A DNA stretch of 63,338 nt, filler included, from Folioceros fuciformis (taxonomy: Eukaryota): NCBI GenBank assembly GCA_049999805.1. It is 6 parts of 6 records of this genome, joined end to end, with 100 filler letters (N's around TTAATTAATTAA, not from the genome) between each part and the next. Parts side by side here need not be neighbours in the genome. Positions count along the whole stretch, not along the records: positions 7,372 to 15,857 come from JBNGIO010005630.1; positions 15,958 to 25,227 come from JBNGIO010005631.1; 4 more parts are not named here. One strand, given 5' to 3'. This document shows positions 10,539 to 23,958 of the stretch, one piece after another (within the stretch, counting starts at the first letter, position 1; each line of letters begins with the position of its first letter). The notes beneath the pieces are model-generated. The model was given only the letters and a program-made list of their open reading frames with translations. It made no database searches and was not told the DNA's origin. Made by a program: the position numbers and the translations under genes.

Positions 10539-12947
10539 TTTTATTTTTCGTGAAAACAATAATTCTGATTATGAGTGGAAGACTCCTCCCACTTACGATA
10601 CAAAGAAAACCCTGCTAACATATGTACAAAAATCGACTACCAAAAGAGGGAGGGGGGGGAATTGGCCTTGAGCCCAAAAAGAGCGCTCCCCTATTCGATT
10701 GTACCCGTGAACTGCCAAAGCCAGTAATACATCCACCTCTAAGCTTTTTACAGACCCTAAATACTCACCTTCCCCATGGGCACGAGTGATTCCAGCGATC
10801 TTTCCCAGGCGATAGGAGGCCCGCCGTCCTCCAATCTTTCCGCTTGAACTGCTTCCGTTGGGATTGCTCCAGAGCTTCTGCTGCTATCAATAAATGCTCC
10901 CAGATGCGCCATAACAAGGCTTTCGCGAGACCGACTCCTGTCCTCCATAAACCACTGCGCACCAGTTGACCCATAGATGAAAAAGACAAGAAGACCACAA
11001 TAAGCCCCACCATTGGGTTTTCAAGAGAGGCTTGCCCGAGGCTGCGTCCAGCCCAAATAAGGCTGATTGACTCGTGATCCTAAGGTTAGCCCTAGGAAAG
11101 ATCAATCGAAGCCACTTGCCCACCTCCCTCCAGATCTCTTGAGCAAAATTGCAGTGAAAGAATATGTGTTGACTCTTGTTCGGAGCCCCCTCGGTGCACA
11201 GTTGACACACATCCTCCCCCGCTGCAACTAACAGCCCATCCCAGTGATCCGCTTTAGGCAAACACGCTTGAAAGAAACACCAAATCGTAAACCTGACCTT
11301 GGGTGGGACTCCAGCGGACTTCCATAGGAGCTTGATGGCTTCCCTTTGTCGTCGTCTAGCTAGCTGTAGTCGGGACGCCATTGATTGTCTTTGCTTGACT
11401 TTTTGCGCTCGCACCAACCAAAGGAACAGGTCCACCATTGAGAAGTTGAAGAAAGATCGAGAAATATCCTTCTTGCACCTCGGACGCTTGGGCACCTGTA
11501 AAGATCTAGTCTGAAGGTCAATGCCCAATTTTCACCTAGTCGGAACTAGCATTGAACCTTTGGTTTATTGGAGGTTCGTGGCCCAATTGGGCGTTCGCCC
11601 GCCGTGCACCATCGCCCTGCCCAAGCGGATTTACAGAGGACAGTGATAGCTCGCAGCTCTCCCCCTCGACCTTCCCCATCGTCCCTACCCTGAACTTCCA
11701 GAGAACCGTCAGGAGACACGACCTTGAACGACTTCAACATCTCCTTGCCGTCAGCTCTCGCAATTCAGGCCGCCCTATCTAAATCCACTGCTTCGTCATG
11801 CTCATCATCCGCCTCCTCTGAATCGATTCTCCTACTATCCATGGAATAAGCGTACCACCCTTCCTCTCATATGGTAGGTTGCGGCCTTAAGAGCTGTCGC
11901 ACCTTTTCCTCTAATCCCTCGTGCAACCATGAAAAAATGAACCTGATGTGCCGGGCCCCAATGCCAAAATCCCCTTTGACCTCCTCTACCTCCTTCCAGC
12001 GGGACTCGGCTCTGTTCCATAAATGGCCAAGCTAGATAACGCCTTTCCAACAAGCCAGCCCGAAGATTTGTGACCGATATACCCTAGACCTGAAGTCCTG
12101 TACCCATAGTCTCGAGAAACCCTACAAAGGGATACCAAGAACATCGTCCACATGGAAGAAGTTGCTTGGAAGAATATAATGTTTGACCTCCAAGTAATTG
12201 CTCTAGATGGACTTAAAAAGCGGGGAGCATTCTATAGTATTAAGTAGCAGTTTGTTAGCTAGAATGTTGTCTATAGACCTCCTTCCCCTGGGGACAGCTT
12301 GGGTGCAATCCAAATGCTGTGTTAGAAGGCTCTTCCAAGGATAGTATGCCAGATCAGCTGCCCTGTCAATCCACTGCACATGCAAAACTTTCATCTTGGC
12401 AACCGAGTCTACTACCCCGAGACCCCCCATTCCGCGTGCCTGAATAGTATGTTGCCAAGACACTTTAGAACACCCAGCCATACTATCTCCCGAACCCTTC
12501 CACAAGAAAGAAGTCAGCAGCTGTTGTAAGCGCCTCACCTCTGACTTAGAAAGGGGCCCACAAAAACAGATAGTACCAAAGAGTTGCAGTAAGGATATGG
12601 TTGATCACCACCAACCTACTTGCCAAATTGAGCTCTAACAATTGTAAACTAGCCGCTTTGCGAATGAACTTGAGACAGACGTACTTCCCTATCTCCCCAT
12701 TCTCATCCCCTTCTTGAAAAGGGAGTCCCAAATACTAGTGAGTAGACCCCAAGGTCACTCGCCTGATGTGGTTAACACACTGAGGGGGCTCCCCCTCCAT
12801 GTGCAGACACATCATTTGCGTCTTATTCCAATTCACCTTGCAGCCCGAAAGTTCACCAAAGACCTTGACCTGTTGGAGCAGCGCTTTTAATGAGGCCTCC
12901 TCTGCCGAGGAAAAGAGAAGAGTATCATCTGCAAATGCAGATAACCC
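10539..12947 (-). mobile_element. L1-type LINE, same family, from the RT domain to the tail
   Basis: SAFADDTLL RT motif near 12930, SGCKVNWNKT, zf-RVT CQLC...HIFFHC; same 3' end as the 8006-9882 copy. Confidence 0.9.
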
Positions 12948-13238
12948 TTAGTTGTGTCCCATCTGGGTTCCAAATACCCACCACATCTTTTCTGCAATTG
13001 TGCAATCTACCAATCCTAGTTTGTAATTTTCCATGGTATTAGAGCATGGATGCACCATTGTCCCTAGGGACCTAAGCATTGCGCAACCTGCAGGAGTGTA
13101 GAATGCATCAAAAATTTGTCGCATGAGCACTTCCGCATGGTAATCGCTGCAAAGCGATTAGCGCTGGTTAGGACTAGAGACGTGGCGAACAAAGTTCTTG
13201 CAGAAACTGTCTTTCACTACTATTCATAGAAAGGCGGG

Positions 13239-13814
13239 ATGCCGAGAGCACATGGAAAGGGGAAATTACCTGTAGACCCGTTTGCCTGCAGCCTTGGTCT
13301 AAGTGTAGAAGCACAACACAGAAGTCTCCAAACATTCTTCAATTCGTGTCCCAGGCCTGCATCATGTGGTTACAACAATCCGTTTCAAAAGCCTATCCAG
13401 GTAGACCCCTTAGCAAGTCTTAGGAATCAAATTCGCAAGGAAATTAGTCACTCACTTGCAATTAACGCACAGAAGGCAAGTGAGAGTTCCACTTGCAAGA
13501 TTTGCACAAGCACGTATCCCCCTAAACCTAAGCCATTCCTCCGGGAAATTTACAACCTCGTAAGGTCTGAATCAGAAAGACATAGAAAGCAGGTGTGTGA
13601 CCTGACTGATAGGGTCATCAATTCTTAGAGACAAATTGTGATCCTCACACGTCAAATAGAGTTGCTGTCCAGGCTTCCTGTTTTTCACAAACCTGCAAAG
13701 CAACCTGACCAGACCTGCTTAAACCTGGAGATGAATCAGGCACAGCCAGTGAGCTTTGAGTCATGGGAGCGAGAATCCTTATCTCGTGCGTCCCATGACC
13801 AGGCATCTCCCTAA
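13239..13814 (+). pseudogene. ORF0 of copia D, 191 codons, one internal TAG
   Basis: MPRAHG...CKIC...ERHRKQVCDLTDRVINS*RQIVILTRQIELL; ends at TAA 9 nt before the gag ATG. Confidence 0.65.
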
Positions 13815-13823
13815 ATCTGGCTC

Positions 13824-15588
13824 ATGTCCCATAGCAACCGTGGTAGGGGTACCACAAACCCAAGAGGCAGATGTAGAGGTCGTGGTACTGGAAGGGGTGC
13901 AAACCCCGACCTGAATCCTTTTTCAATTGACCCACTGGAACTAAATCAGGAGGCTGCATCCTCCCAGTCAAGCACAGGGTTGTATGCTGTACCTATAGCA
14001 CAGCTAGCCCAGGCATACGTTGTTGCACAAGCAGGAGCAGCACTCGCACACCAAGCTGTAGGAAACATGGCACAACAACCACCTCAGACTGTCACAAACA
14101 ACACAACCACGGTCAATAATATAAAAATCGACATTAAGGAGAGAGACAGATTTAATTGGACCCAGTTTGACATTTGGCACTAAGGGTTCAAACCATTTTG
14201 AGAGAGCATGATCTCTGTGGCATTATGATGGGCACAGTGCCCAAGCCTTCGCAAGGAGCAGCTCAGGCAGACATAAATGCTTGGGCAAAGCTGGACCTTC
14301 GAGCTTTGGGCATCATTCAGTCAGCCCTGGACGGGTCTATGATGCACCATACTCAAGACGTAGACACAACCAAGGATGTGTGGGATTCCCTGAACCACAT
14401 TTATAGAGTGTCGAACGGGTGCTCGATGGTGAGTGCTCATCGTGCCTTCTACAACTGCAAGATGAAGGAGCACGAGTCAGTAGAGCAGCACGTAATCAAA
14501 TTCAGGATGCTAAGGTTGAAACTCACCTCTAGTGGGACTACAACAACGGAGATGCAGGCTGCAGTAGCCTTACTCCTCTCCCTGCCGGACAGCTATCGAG
14601 TATTTGTGAGCAATCACTGCATGCACATGCGAAATGTGGCCCAGGCCACACCTGCAGGACATACACCTGCAGTCTCCCTCTCTGACCTAATTGAAGCCCT
14701 CCTGGAGGAAGAATCCACGAGGATCGCAAGTAGGGGTGGTACCTCCTCTAGAGGAGAGACCTCAAACAGAGTTCTCTACACTAATAGAGGCTCAAAGAGG
14801 CAGCCACCACGTCAGGGTGGACAGTACCAGAATGCTGGAGGTAGTGGGAGTTTCAAGCGTCGCCCACCAACAGCTGCTCTTAAGAAAAAGGGCCCCTGCA
14901 ACTGGTGCCTCATCCCAGGGCACTGGGAGGCAGAGTGCAGGAAAAAGAAGGCAGGAGAGCCCAGCCGTACAGTCCCACCAGAATCTAACATGGCATTCAG
15001 AAAGCCTAGCACAGTTCTAGCAGTCTATATGGTTTCTCCACCACAGTACAGGCATGCGTGGTACCTTGACTCGGGTGCGTCATCGCACATCTGCCACACA
15101 CAGTCTGCATTTTCTGAGTATAGAAAAGTCCCAAAGGGTTAGGTCGTACTACTCGGTGATGATCGTGGCCTACCAATTGTAGGAATAGGCAAGGTCCCTA
15201 TCATGTCGACGAGTGGAAGGGTTGAAACCTTGCTAGAGGTCCTACACGTACCAGCCCTGGTTAAAAACCTGGTGTCAGTCTACCTGCTAGACACACAGCA
15301 CAAGCTAAGCACCATGTTTGCAAATGGCTAGTGCCACGTAGTTGACCAAGGAAACAAAGGTGAAATGTTTGCAATAGGGACTCCAGTACACAACCTATAC
15401 AAGCTGGACATCCAGTACGAACTTGGCAGACCAGTGGCAAACCTGACATAGGCACAACAGGATGAGCGTGACGCCAAGCTTTGGCATGCCCGGCTGGGTC
15501 ACACAAATTTTGACAAGCTGAATATGATGGTAAAAAATGATTCACTTTACCATGAAAAATTCCTAATGAAGCATGCTGAGAAGCCCTT
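13824..15588 (+). pseudogene. copia D gag-pol 5' part
   Basis: Frameshift near 14170, TAG at 15140; standard copia motifs. Confidence 0.85.
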
Positions 15589-15857
15589 TGTGGGGTTAAA
15601 ATATGGTACCCGGGGGTACCGCGAGGTCCACACAAGCCCTCTATGTCGTTGTAGCTCTGGGATTCAATCCCAAGGGAATGATTCGTGTTAAACTACACAG
15701 ATTAGCTTCTAAAGTCAATTAGCACCCAAACTCGACTGACCCACGCACACATGTCCCGTGCTCGGTCCTTACCCAGTCCCCTTACTTCTCCCACCAGACA
15801 ACCCTCCTACCACCTAGTCGCACCAGGGACTACCTCCCCCTGGACTACTCTTGGTGG
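15589..15857. mobile_element. Probable LTR of another element inserted into D pol; runs into a gap
   Basis: pol homology stops abruptly and the new sequence begins TGTGGGG. Confidence 0.5.
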
Positions 15858-17040
15858 NNNNNNNNNNNNNNNNNNNNNNNNNNNNNNNNNNNNNNNNNNN
15901 NTTAATTAATTAANNNNNNNNNNNNNNNNNNNNNNNNNNNNNNNNNNNNNNNNNNNNTTACCCGAACACCAAGACCCAAGGACCAAGCAGCACTTGTCCC
16001 GACCCATCTCCTAGTCCAGTTATTGACCTATCTCAAAACGCCAAGACCCAAGGAGGTCTTGTGCATATATACCCCTCCCTATTCCCAACTTAAGCCGCTT
16101 TCGCATCCAACCTATTAAAAAAACAAAAAAAACACCAAGTCTTGCCCTTGGCGAGGGGACGTTTAAACATTTTTCCGTCTACAGCGTCCTTTCGCTAACA
16201 GGCCATAGAATGCACCACACAGATATGATGCTTGTGACCGGTAATTCAAAAGTCGAATTCAATCCAATTCAGAAGTTGTTCCCATTTCATTGTAGGGGAG
16301 ACTTTCAATTCATAAGAACACAGAGCTTCAAATTGACTTATTGTACACCGTTCCACTCTCCATGCTATTGGCAACCATCTCGGCAATTTAGTAGACAAAT
16401 GCTTTACTCCACGTCAAGTTTCGCAGTGCGTCTCAAATTGTTACTTACTCACATCACATGTCCTCAGGAGCTCCTACAACAGTTGCAGGATCAGGTCAAA
16501 AATCACAAACTCAGGTGTCCCCATCACCAACCCCTCTTCTCACGACTCTGACCAAATTTGTTTCATGCCACTCGCCCTTAGTAGCATCATACTCGATATC
16601 AAGGTTCTCCTACTCCAAAAGCTTGGCCACCCCAATGGCTGCTTCAAAGCCCGCATTGGATGCGATGGAGTAAGTTGGCATTTGCAGATCATTGTTGAAA
16701 ATTGCCGCGGCGACACTTGCAGCTCCGCTTCAATGTTTTGATCTATTTCATCAACATTTCCGCTCCAATTGACAACTTGAGTTTGCAAGTTTCTTGGCAT
16801 GCACAATTTGCCACATATTCTGTCAAAATGGTATGAGGACTTAACTTGCAAAGTAGCTTGTGTTTTATCCATTCCCTTTTCGCATACTAAGGGTGGGGGC
16901 AAAGTATTATTTTGTTGGCCCTCCAAGATCCAAAATGTCCATGACAAAATTTGTCTTCTTTATCCACATGAAATCACCCATGTATGCACAACTGCACAAA
17001 AGACCCCCCGCGATAGCAATCGGCTCACAAAAAGGGAAAA

Positions 17041-17590
17041 CTAGCAACTTCTTTTATGACTATCACCTAATTTCACAATAGATTTCCTGCTCCACTTGCC
17101 ATCCTTTTTTGGCCGCAAGGTGAGTTCCTGATTCTTCACTAGACAAAACCAGCACCAACTCAAGGGGTGGAGAATGGGGTGAGGCCCCCTTAGTTGCTCT
17201 TCTTGTACTTGCCATCTTCCAGCTGGTGGGGTACGAGAGAGTACCGTGATTGGCCTCAAATCACCTTTGGGGGCAGCTCCATCCTCACAGCCGTGACCAT
17301 CTAACAGGCCATAGGGTGAGATGACTCTAAAGGATTGGACCATCCGTTGCCCCCCTTGAAGGCTAATGGGCATTGCTCGATCGAGTTCGGGGAGAGCCAT
17401 GCCTTCCTCTGCCTTTGACTCTCCCTCTTGGCCATCCACTTCATCAATGTCCACCTTTGCCCGACTGAGTAATGCTTGCCTAGAATTGTCGTCCATGCCT
17501 CTCTGCAACCACCTAAAGATGGTTCTAACATAGTGGGTTGGCAACTCAAACTCCTCCCTAATAACATCCACCTCCTTCCAAAAGTTCCCC
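17041..17590 (-). mobile_element. Diverged LINE ORF2 C-terminal fragment
   Basis: ELDRA...MVQSFRVISP...GRWQV matches the LINEs at 8.7 kb and 11.6 kb. Confidence 0.7.
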
Positions 17591-18582
17591 CTTGCTAGCC
17601 TTCGACTTGTTAGAATTTTCTAGTAGCGGTTCGCCCCCATTCAACCTATTATCTTCCATGCCATAAGCACATTCATACTCGAGTACTATGCAAAGCTCAT
17701 TGGTGTGACCATGTTGGATGGTTGATGTGGTCTTCTCTAGGACCCTTGTATCACAAGTCTAGTCAAGAATAAAGCATTGGACTCCTCCCCTTACAGAAAA
17801 TCAGGCACCCTCGCAATCGTGATGTACGCAATTTTGATGAGAACACTTTTGCTCCTACTATGTGCACAAACTCAAGCCATTGGAGGTTCTCTTTTGAAAG
17901 GGAGCTTGGAATTGGATGTTGTTTTCTAAATGGATAGTTTGCCTTATGAAAGTTGAGTTGGAGCAATCCTAAAGAATTGTTCCTTCCGCGACATTCTGAA
18001 AGGACTTATGAGCTAATCAATGGTGCTTAACTTACAGACCTACCATAACCAATGTTAGGAAGTAAGTAGGGAATGCAAACAGTAAAACACATAGAGGTTA
18101 AAATCTCCATGCTAATGTTGTTGATCAAGAACAAACTATTTGCTCTCTAAAGCCACCTTGGTAATCCATCATGATCAGGTGCAAAGCCAAGTGCTTGAGT
18201 TGGACTTGTGATGTAAATGCTTTGTCTAAGCACACACAAAAATGAGAAGAGAGAAAGCAGAGAGAGAGAAGGAAGGGGAAATGGAAATGGCAAAGGAAAA
18301 GATGGGAGAGAGGGGAGCACATAAGACATATGTTGAAAAGACACTGTAGTTCTAACTTAAACAACAACTCTGTTCGCTATAAGTCGCAACCCTAACGAAC
18401 GGGCACTTAATTATTTATTCTAAGTACCCCTATAAACCACTATATATGTGCCTTTAATTTACTAGATATTATCAACACTATCTCTTAACACTCCCACTTG
18501 TTGATGATGTCGAGCAATAAGTTCATAGTTCTGCTTCACTAGTATCAGTCTTTACACGTGAGAACCAGTTGCGACTTCAGCC

Positions 18583-19281
18583 ATGAACCGCGAGTGCTTG
18601 GTTTTCTCCTGCTCTTCGCCTCAAAACTCCATAGTATGGTGCTTGTTGGAGCGTGCCCAAAAGAAACCTCTTGAAAAAAAGTTTACAACGCTCATTCTCG
18701 TCTTGTTCACTCTTAGCATCCTTTTGAGAGAGCAGCTGGAGAGCCACCTGACCAAGATGTCGTCCTCTAAGGATTCGAAGGTGACTCGGCGCTATGTGAG
18801 GGACACCTTGGGCCTCTTTGCGCGTGCAAAGAGAGCTCCTAGGACAACTGCCTCAAGTCTTGGCGGGAGGTCCGAAGCAGGAACAAGTTCTCCCCTGCCG
18901 AAGGAAAACCTTAGGCGTCCAAGGGTCTTCTTCAACACTCCGCCTACTGTGAAGACAAGAGCCGCTGAGGATATGGGAGCCCGCGCACGTCCTCCATCAT
19001 CTGCAGGACATAGAGCTGTAAACAGGCGACTGACTGAACATAGGCTTCCTATTTTTACTGACTCAGATCCAGTCGCGATGTGGGAGCAAGGCGAGGGAAG
19101 GCCTCTTGTTCCCCTCAGGTTCCCAAGAGGTAGCCTTAAGCGAGACACAAGAATCATTGGTTTGGGGACTGCTGCAAAGCCAAACTCTCCCCTTTGGTAT
19201 AGGTGCACTCTATCCACGATTGTGACGGAGAGGATTAGGGTCTGCAAGAGTGACGAGTTTCTAGGCCATGTTATCAGCTAA
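18583..19281 (+). CDS. Antisense ORF (232 aa) in the 3' region of copia E, unknown function
   Basis: ATG ORF between the PPT and the RNase H stop; hydrophobic stretch followed by a basic, low-complexity region. Confidence 0.55.
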   Translation: MNRECLVFSCSSPQNSIVWCLLERAQKKPLEKKFTTLILVLFTLSILLREQLESHLTKMSSSKDSKVTRRYVRDTLGLFARAKRAPRTTASSLGGRSEAGTSSPLPKENLRRPRVFFNTPPTVKTRAAEDMGARARPPSSAGHRAVNRRLTEHRLPIFTDSDPVAMWEQGEGRPLVPLRFPRGSLKRDTRIIGLGTAAKPNSPLWYRCTLSTIVTERIRVCKSDEFLGHVIS

Positions 19282-19543
19282 TACCGTAAGTCCAACCTTC
19301 CATGTGTCTTTCCCACTCTCTACTCCCACTGGTTCTGAAAATTGTTTGCTGTCGACATGTAACTCATACTACAGGTTATGTGCACAAGATCATGGAAGAT
19401 AGAGTGCTCAGTGAGGACTACATATAGCTATCATCTAGTACTGATAATGACTCTGGCAACCCAAAGAAAACCTCAGCAATAGTGTATGTGTCTGACAATG
19501 AATATGACAGTGAGTAGTAAGCGGGTCTTGTAAGTAGCATAGT

Positions 19544-22500
19544 TTAGGTTGGATCAGCTAGGAAAGTCTCTGACTCCCCTAGTCTAAGACCCTTTACGTG
19601 TTTTTCATGTAGCTCCCGTCCAAGAGCTTTGGTTAAGACATCTGCTGGATTGTCTTGTGTGGAAATATATTGGAGTTCGATTGTTCCTGCAGATACTAAC
19701 TCACGAATGTAGTGGTATTTGACTTCCACGTGTTTCGTCCTTGAGTGGAAGACTGGGTTCTTAGCAAGAGCAATTGAGCCTTGGTTGTCTATGTGTATAG
19801 TTATGCAAGTTGGAATGTCGATCCCCATCTCTGAAAATAGAAGCTTGCACCAGACTATTTCCTTAGCTACTGCTGTCAGTACTCGATAATTAGCTTCAGT
19901 GCTGGACAGCGCCACTGTTGGCTGCTTTTTATTGGACCAGCATATGGGTCCTCTAGCGACATAAACACAATATCCAGATACGAACTTTCTAGTGTCTAGA
20001 TCTCCAGCGTAGTCAGAGTCTGTCTAAACCTTCAAGTCAAGAGGAACTCCTAATTGGTTAGAGTATTGTATGCCTCTATTTGCTATTCCCTTCAGATACC
20101 GAAGTACTCGTTTAACACAACTCCAGTGTTCCTGTCCAGGGTTCTCGAGATATTGCGACAAAACACTATTTGCATATGTGACTTCAGGTCTAGTTGTGTT
20201 AGCAGCGTAAATAAGTTTACCAACTGCTTGTCTGCAAGGAACGTTGACCATCAGATCCTTATCACTTTGTGTGACAGGTGACATGCTCTTGCTGAGCTTT
20301 AAGCCACTGGGGAGGGGTGTAGCCACTACTTTAGCATCTTTGAGGCCAAATTGTTTAGCATAGTCAAGTAAGTATCTTGGTTGAGTTAGAGTAATAACCC
20401 TAGTTCGTCTATTCTTTTGCATATAGATAGATACCTAGGCAACTCTGAAGTGGACCAAGATTTGACATTTTGAATTTTGTGGCCAGGAGATTAGTGATCT
20501 TATCAATATATGACTGAGTATTGCTGGAGAGTATAAGATCGTCAACATATACAGCTGAGTAACATATTACCTCTGTGGTTTTGTATATGTATAAGCTACC
20601 ATCAACTTTACTTTTTGTAAAACCTAAAGCTAAAAGTTCCTTGTCCAGTTCTTCATTCCATTTCATGGTAGACTGTTAGACTGTTTTAGTCCATACAGAC
20701 ACTTCTTAAGTTTGCAAGCATATTCCTCCTTGCCTTGAATCTCATAGCCAGGGGGTTGCTGCATATAGATCTTTGTATCTATCTTCCCGTTTAAGAATGT
20801 TGTTTTGACATCAAACATCTACAATTCGTAGTCTCTGTGAGCTGAAATTGCACATGGTTCGCAGTGTAGCAGGTTTGACAATTGGAGCGAAAGTTTCAAA
20901 GTAGTCAAGGCTAGGAATTTGAGAGAAGCCTATGGCAACAAGCCTGGCTTTGTACCTATCAAAGGTACCATCAGCTATTACTTTCAATTTAAATACCCAC
21001 TTGTAGGATACCAGTTTTCTACCGGGAGGAAGTTTTGCTATCTCTTAGGTACTATTTTCAATTAGGGAATCATATTCCGATTGAATGGCTTTCTCCCATT
21101 CCTTATGATCAGGACAACTTAAAGCTTGCTGTAGAGATTGAGGCTCAAGTGGGTCTAGGAAAGTGAGAGAGTGTGCCTGAGCATAGGAAGAGATAGGCCT
21201 AAAGTCAGGCGCTTGATAATAATCAAGTGCTCGACGTTCTCTAGCAAGGTAACGGCGTACTGGCTGTGGGGTCAGAACAAGTAGTTGCTCGTCAAGAGGA
21301 GGTTGCTGCTGCAAATCATCAAAGTTATGATTGTCTTCTGCATCCACTACTAACTCTTCCTATTGAGGCACTAGTTGACCTTGTTGATCTTCCCCCCATT
21401 GCAGGAGCAACATCCTCATGAGGAGAATCATCAAACAAAGTTACATCATTGAAAGAGAAAGATGTATTAGTCTCCAGAGTGGGAGAAGCTCCCACTGAAG
21501 GTAAAAAATTTTGCTCATCAAATGTAACACTGCGTGAGTAAATCACTTTGTCACGAAAGATGTCATAGAGTTTGTAAGCTTTTATCCCCTCTGTGTAGCC
21601 AATCATAAGAAGTCTTCTGGCCTTTGCAGATAATTTCTTTCTCTTCTCCTTGGAAATGAAGGCATAAGCAATACACCCAAAGGTACGCAGATGTTGAATA
21701 GAAGGTTTTCTGCAAAGAAATGCTTCATATGGTGTCTGCCCTTCAACAGCAGTGGTTGGCAATCTGTTTAACAGATAAACAGATGTCATAAGGGCTTCAG
21801 CCCAATATGGTAGGGGTAAAGCTGCATGATACAACAGTGAAGAGACCATCTCCTGAAGAGTGAGGTTGAGGTGTTCTACAACGCCATTCTGTTGTGGCGT
21901 GTAAACAACGGTAAGTTGTCTGCCAATCCCTTCATTTGCACAAAATGCTTGAAACTCATTTGAAGTGTATTCGCCCCCATTGTCTGAGCGAAGTGTTTTT
22001 AATTGTTGTCCAGTCCATCTCTCTACATACTTTATGTATTCTTTGAATAGAGAGAAACATTCACTTTCAGCCTTCAGTATATATGCTGTAACAAAACATG
22101 TTTTGTCATCTGTGAATGTGAGGAAATAACGACCTCCACCAATAGAGGGTTGTGAGAGGGGTCCACAGATATCAGAATGGGCCAATTCAAGCGCTTCCGA
22201 AGCTCGATGTGGAGCCTTATTCTTGAAGGCAGCCTGATGACACTTAGAAAGTACACATGCTTCACAGAGAGGTAAGGGAGGCAAGGAACCAATTTGGCCA
22301 TCATGATACAAGTCACTTGTAGCCAACTGCTATAACTTGGAACTATGTGGATGACCTAAACGGCCATGCCATAACTTCACCTTTTCAATTTGCTTTGCAA
22401 GAGCATCAATAGCCTTTGAAGCTAAGTCAGTTTGTGCAGCAGCATGTGCAGCATTGGTGTGAAGACGAAAAAGAACACTGTCAGATGATCCATATGCCAA

Positions 22501-23811
22501 GATCTTATGAGAATCAAGGGCATCTATAATCTTACATTCTATAGGTATAAACAAGATGTGTGTATTGTTATCCATGTTTAGCTTTCTAACAGATATAAGA
22601 TTCCTTGTCATCTCAGGTACGTAATATATATATGTGAGCAACCGAGTAATTTTTGAAGGAACTTTAAGGTTTACTGTTTCTCTTCCAGGAGACACAAGGG
22701 ATCTATTATCACCTAGGTAAACAAACTGATATGTTAATGGCTGATAAGTTGCAAAGGCATTGCTGTCAAAACATATGTGCGCTGTTGCACCAGTGTCTAG
22801 GAACCATTCTTGGAATGATTTAACCTCAGTTCTTGTGGATAGACAGGTGGGATAAATAAGAGGGCAAGCAAACTCCCTAGTCCCTACAATAAGGACTGAT
22901 GGGGAGGACTGCTTCTTTACCACAACATGTGTCTCAAAAGTGGAATTGCTCTCCTTGCGAGGTATTCCGGCTTGCTTCTTACGACATTCGTGCTCCCAAT
23001 GGCCTGGAATTTAGCACCAATGGCACTTTCCAGCCTTCTTGGGTTTCTTCTGTGTGACACCCTTTGGAGGAGTCCTAGCACTTGAAGAATACTGTTGACC
23101 TCGGAAATTAGGTTTGCCCCCCTTTCCTCAATTTGTGGTATAAAGGGCATGTTGTTTGCTCCTTACAAGTCCTCTTGTAGCCTCTTCCTCAAGAAGAGCT
23201 CCCACTAACTCTATGAATGTCATCTTAGGGAGAGTAACATTTGAAGCCTTTGCCAACTTCATAGCTGTGAGCTTTGAAGCATTTAATGAGGTCACAAAGT
23301 GTGACCATGATGGAGGCAAGGAAAGCATCAGGTATAGGGCTAGCATGTCATCCTTTACGCTCTCATTTGAAGCACTCTCAAGTTTTGAAACTAGGTTCCT
23401 AAAGGTCCCAGCGTGCTTCTCCACATAGTCACCATCTTTCATTTTACAAATCTGTAGATTTTGTAAAGCTGTCATTTGACTAGTTGTGTTGTTACCTGAA
23501 TACAGGTTTTGCAAGCGAGTCTAGACTTCAGCAGCAGTTGCACATCCAGAGGTCTGTCGCATCATATAAGAAGTAAGACCAGTTCTAATGATGTACATTG
23601 CATGCTCATTCTTGACTACCCAAGCCTCCTGAGATGCCATGTCAGGCCCATCATCCTTTTCCTCATCAATAGTTATCTTCCATAGTCTCTTACTATGAAG
23701 AATGCCCCGCATCCTCATAACCCAGATGTCATAGTCCTGTCCACCAAACATGTCCTTTTCCCTAAAACCATCTCCTCCTATGTAATTCATAGTGGATGAA
23801 GACTCACCCAT
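19544..23811 (-). pseudogene. copia E gag-pol, degenerate
   Basis: WFLDTGATAHIC, LWHGRLGH, HSDICGP, RSDNGGEY, YVDD, ALSSTEANY, HSRTKHVEVKYH; many stops and frameshifts. Confidence 0.92.
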
Positions 23812-23958
23812 GTTTAGGTATGAATTCACACTTAGAGGCTAGATGATGAATACTAGCAAAGGTATGTGCATGTGAACTATCCTATTGTAGGTTAGTCACT
23901 GTAAGGTGCTTTTAGGGAAAGTGAGGTGGTGACAAGATTACAACCAAAAGGGCTACAA

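Larger units (their letters stand above)
12948..15588 (+). mobile_element. Ty1/copia element D (partial 5' LTR, PBS, ORF0, gag-protease-GAG-pre-integrase)
   Basis: PBS TGGTATtAGAGC at 13034-13045; CNWCLIPGHWEAEC; WYLDSGASSHIC; LWHARLGH near 15480. Confidence 0.9.
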
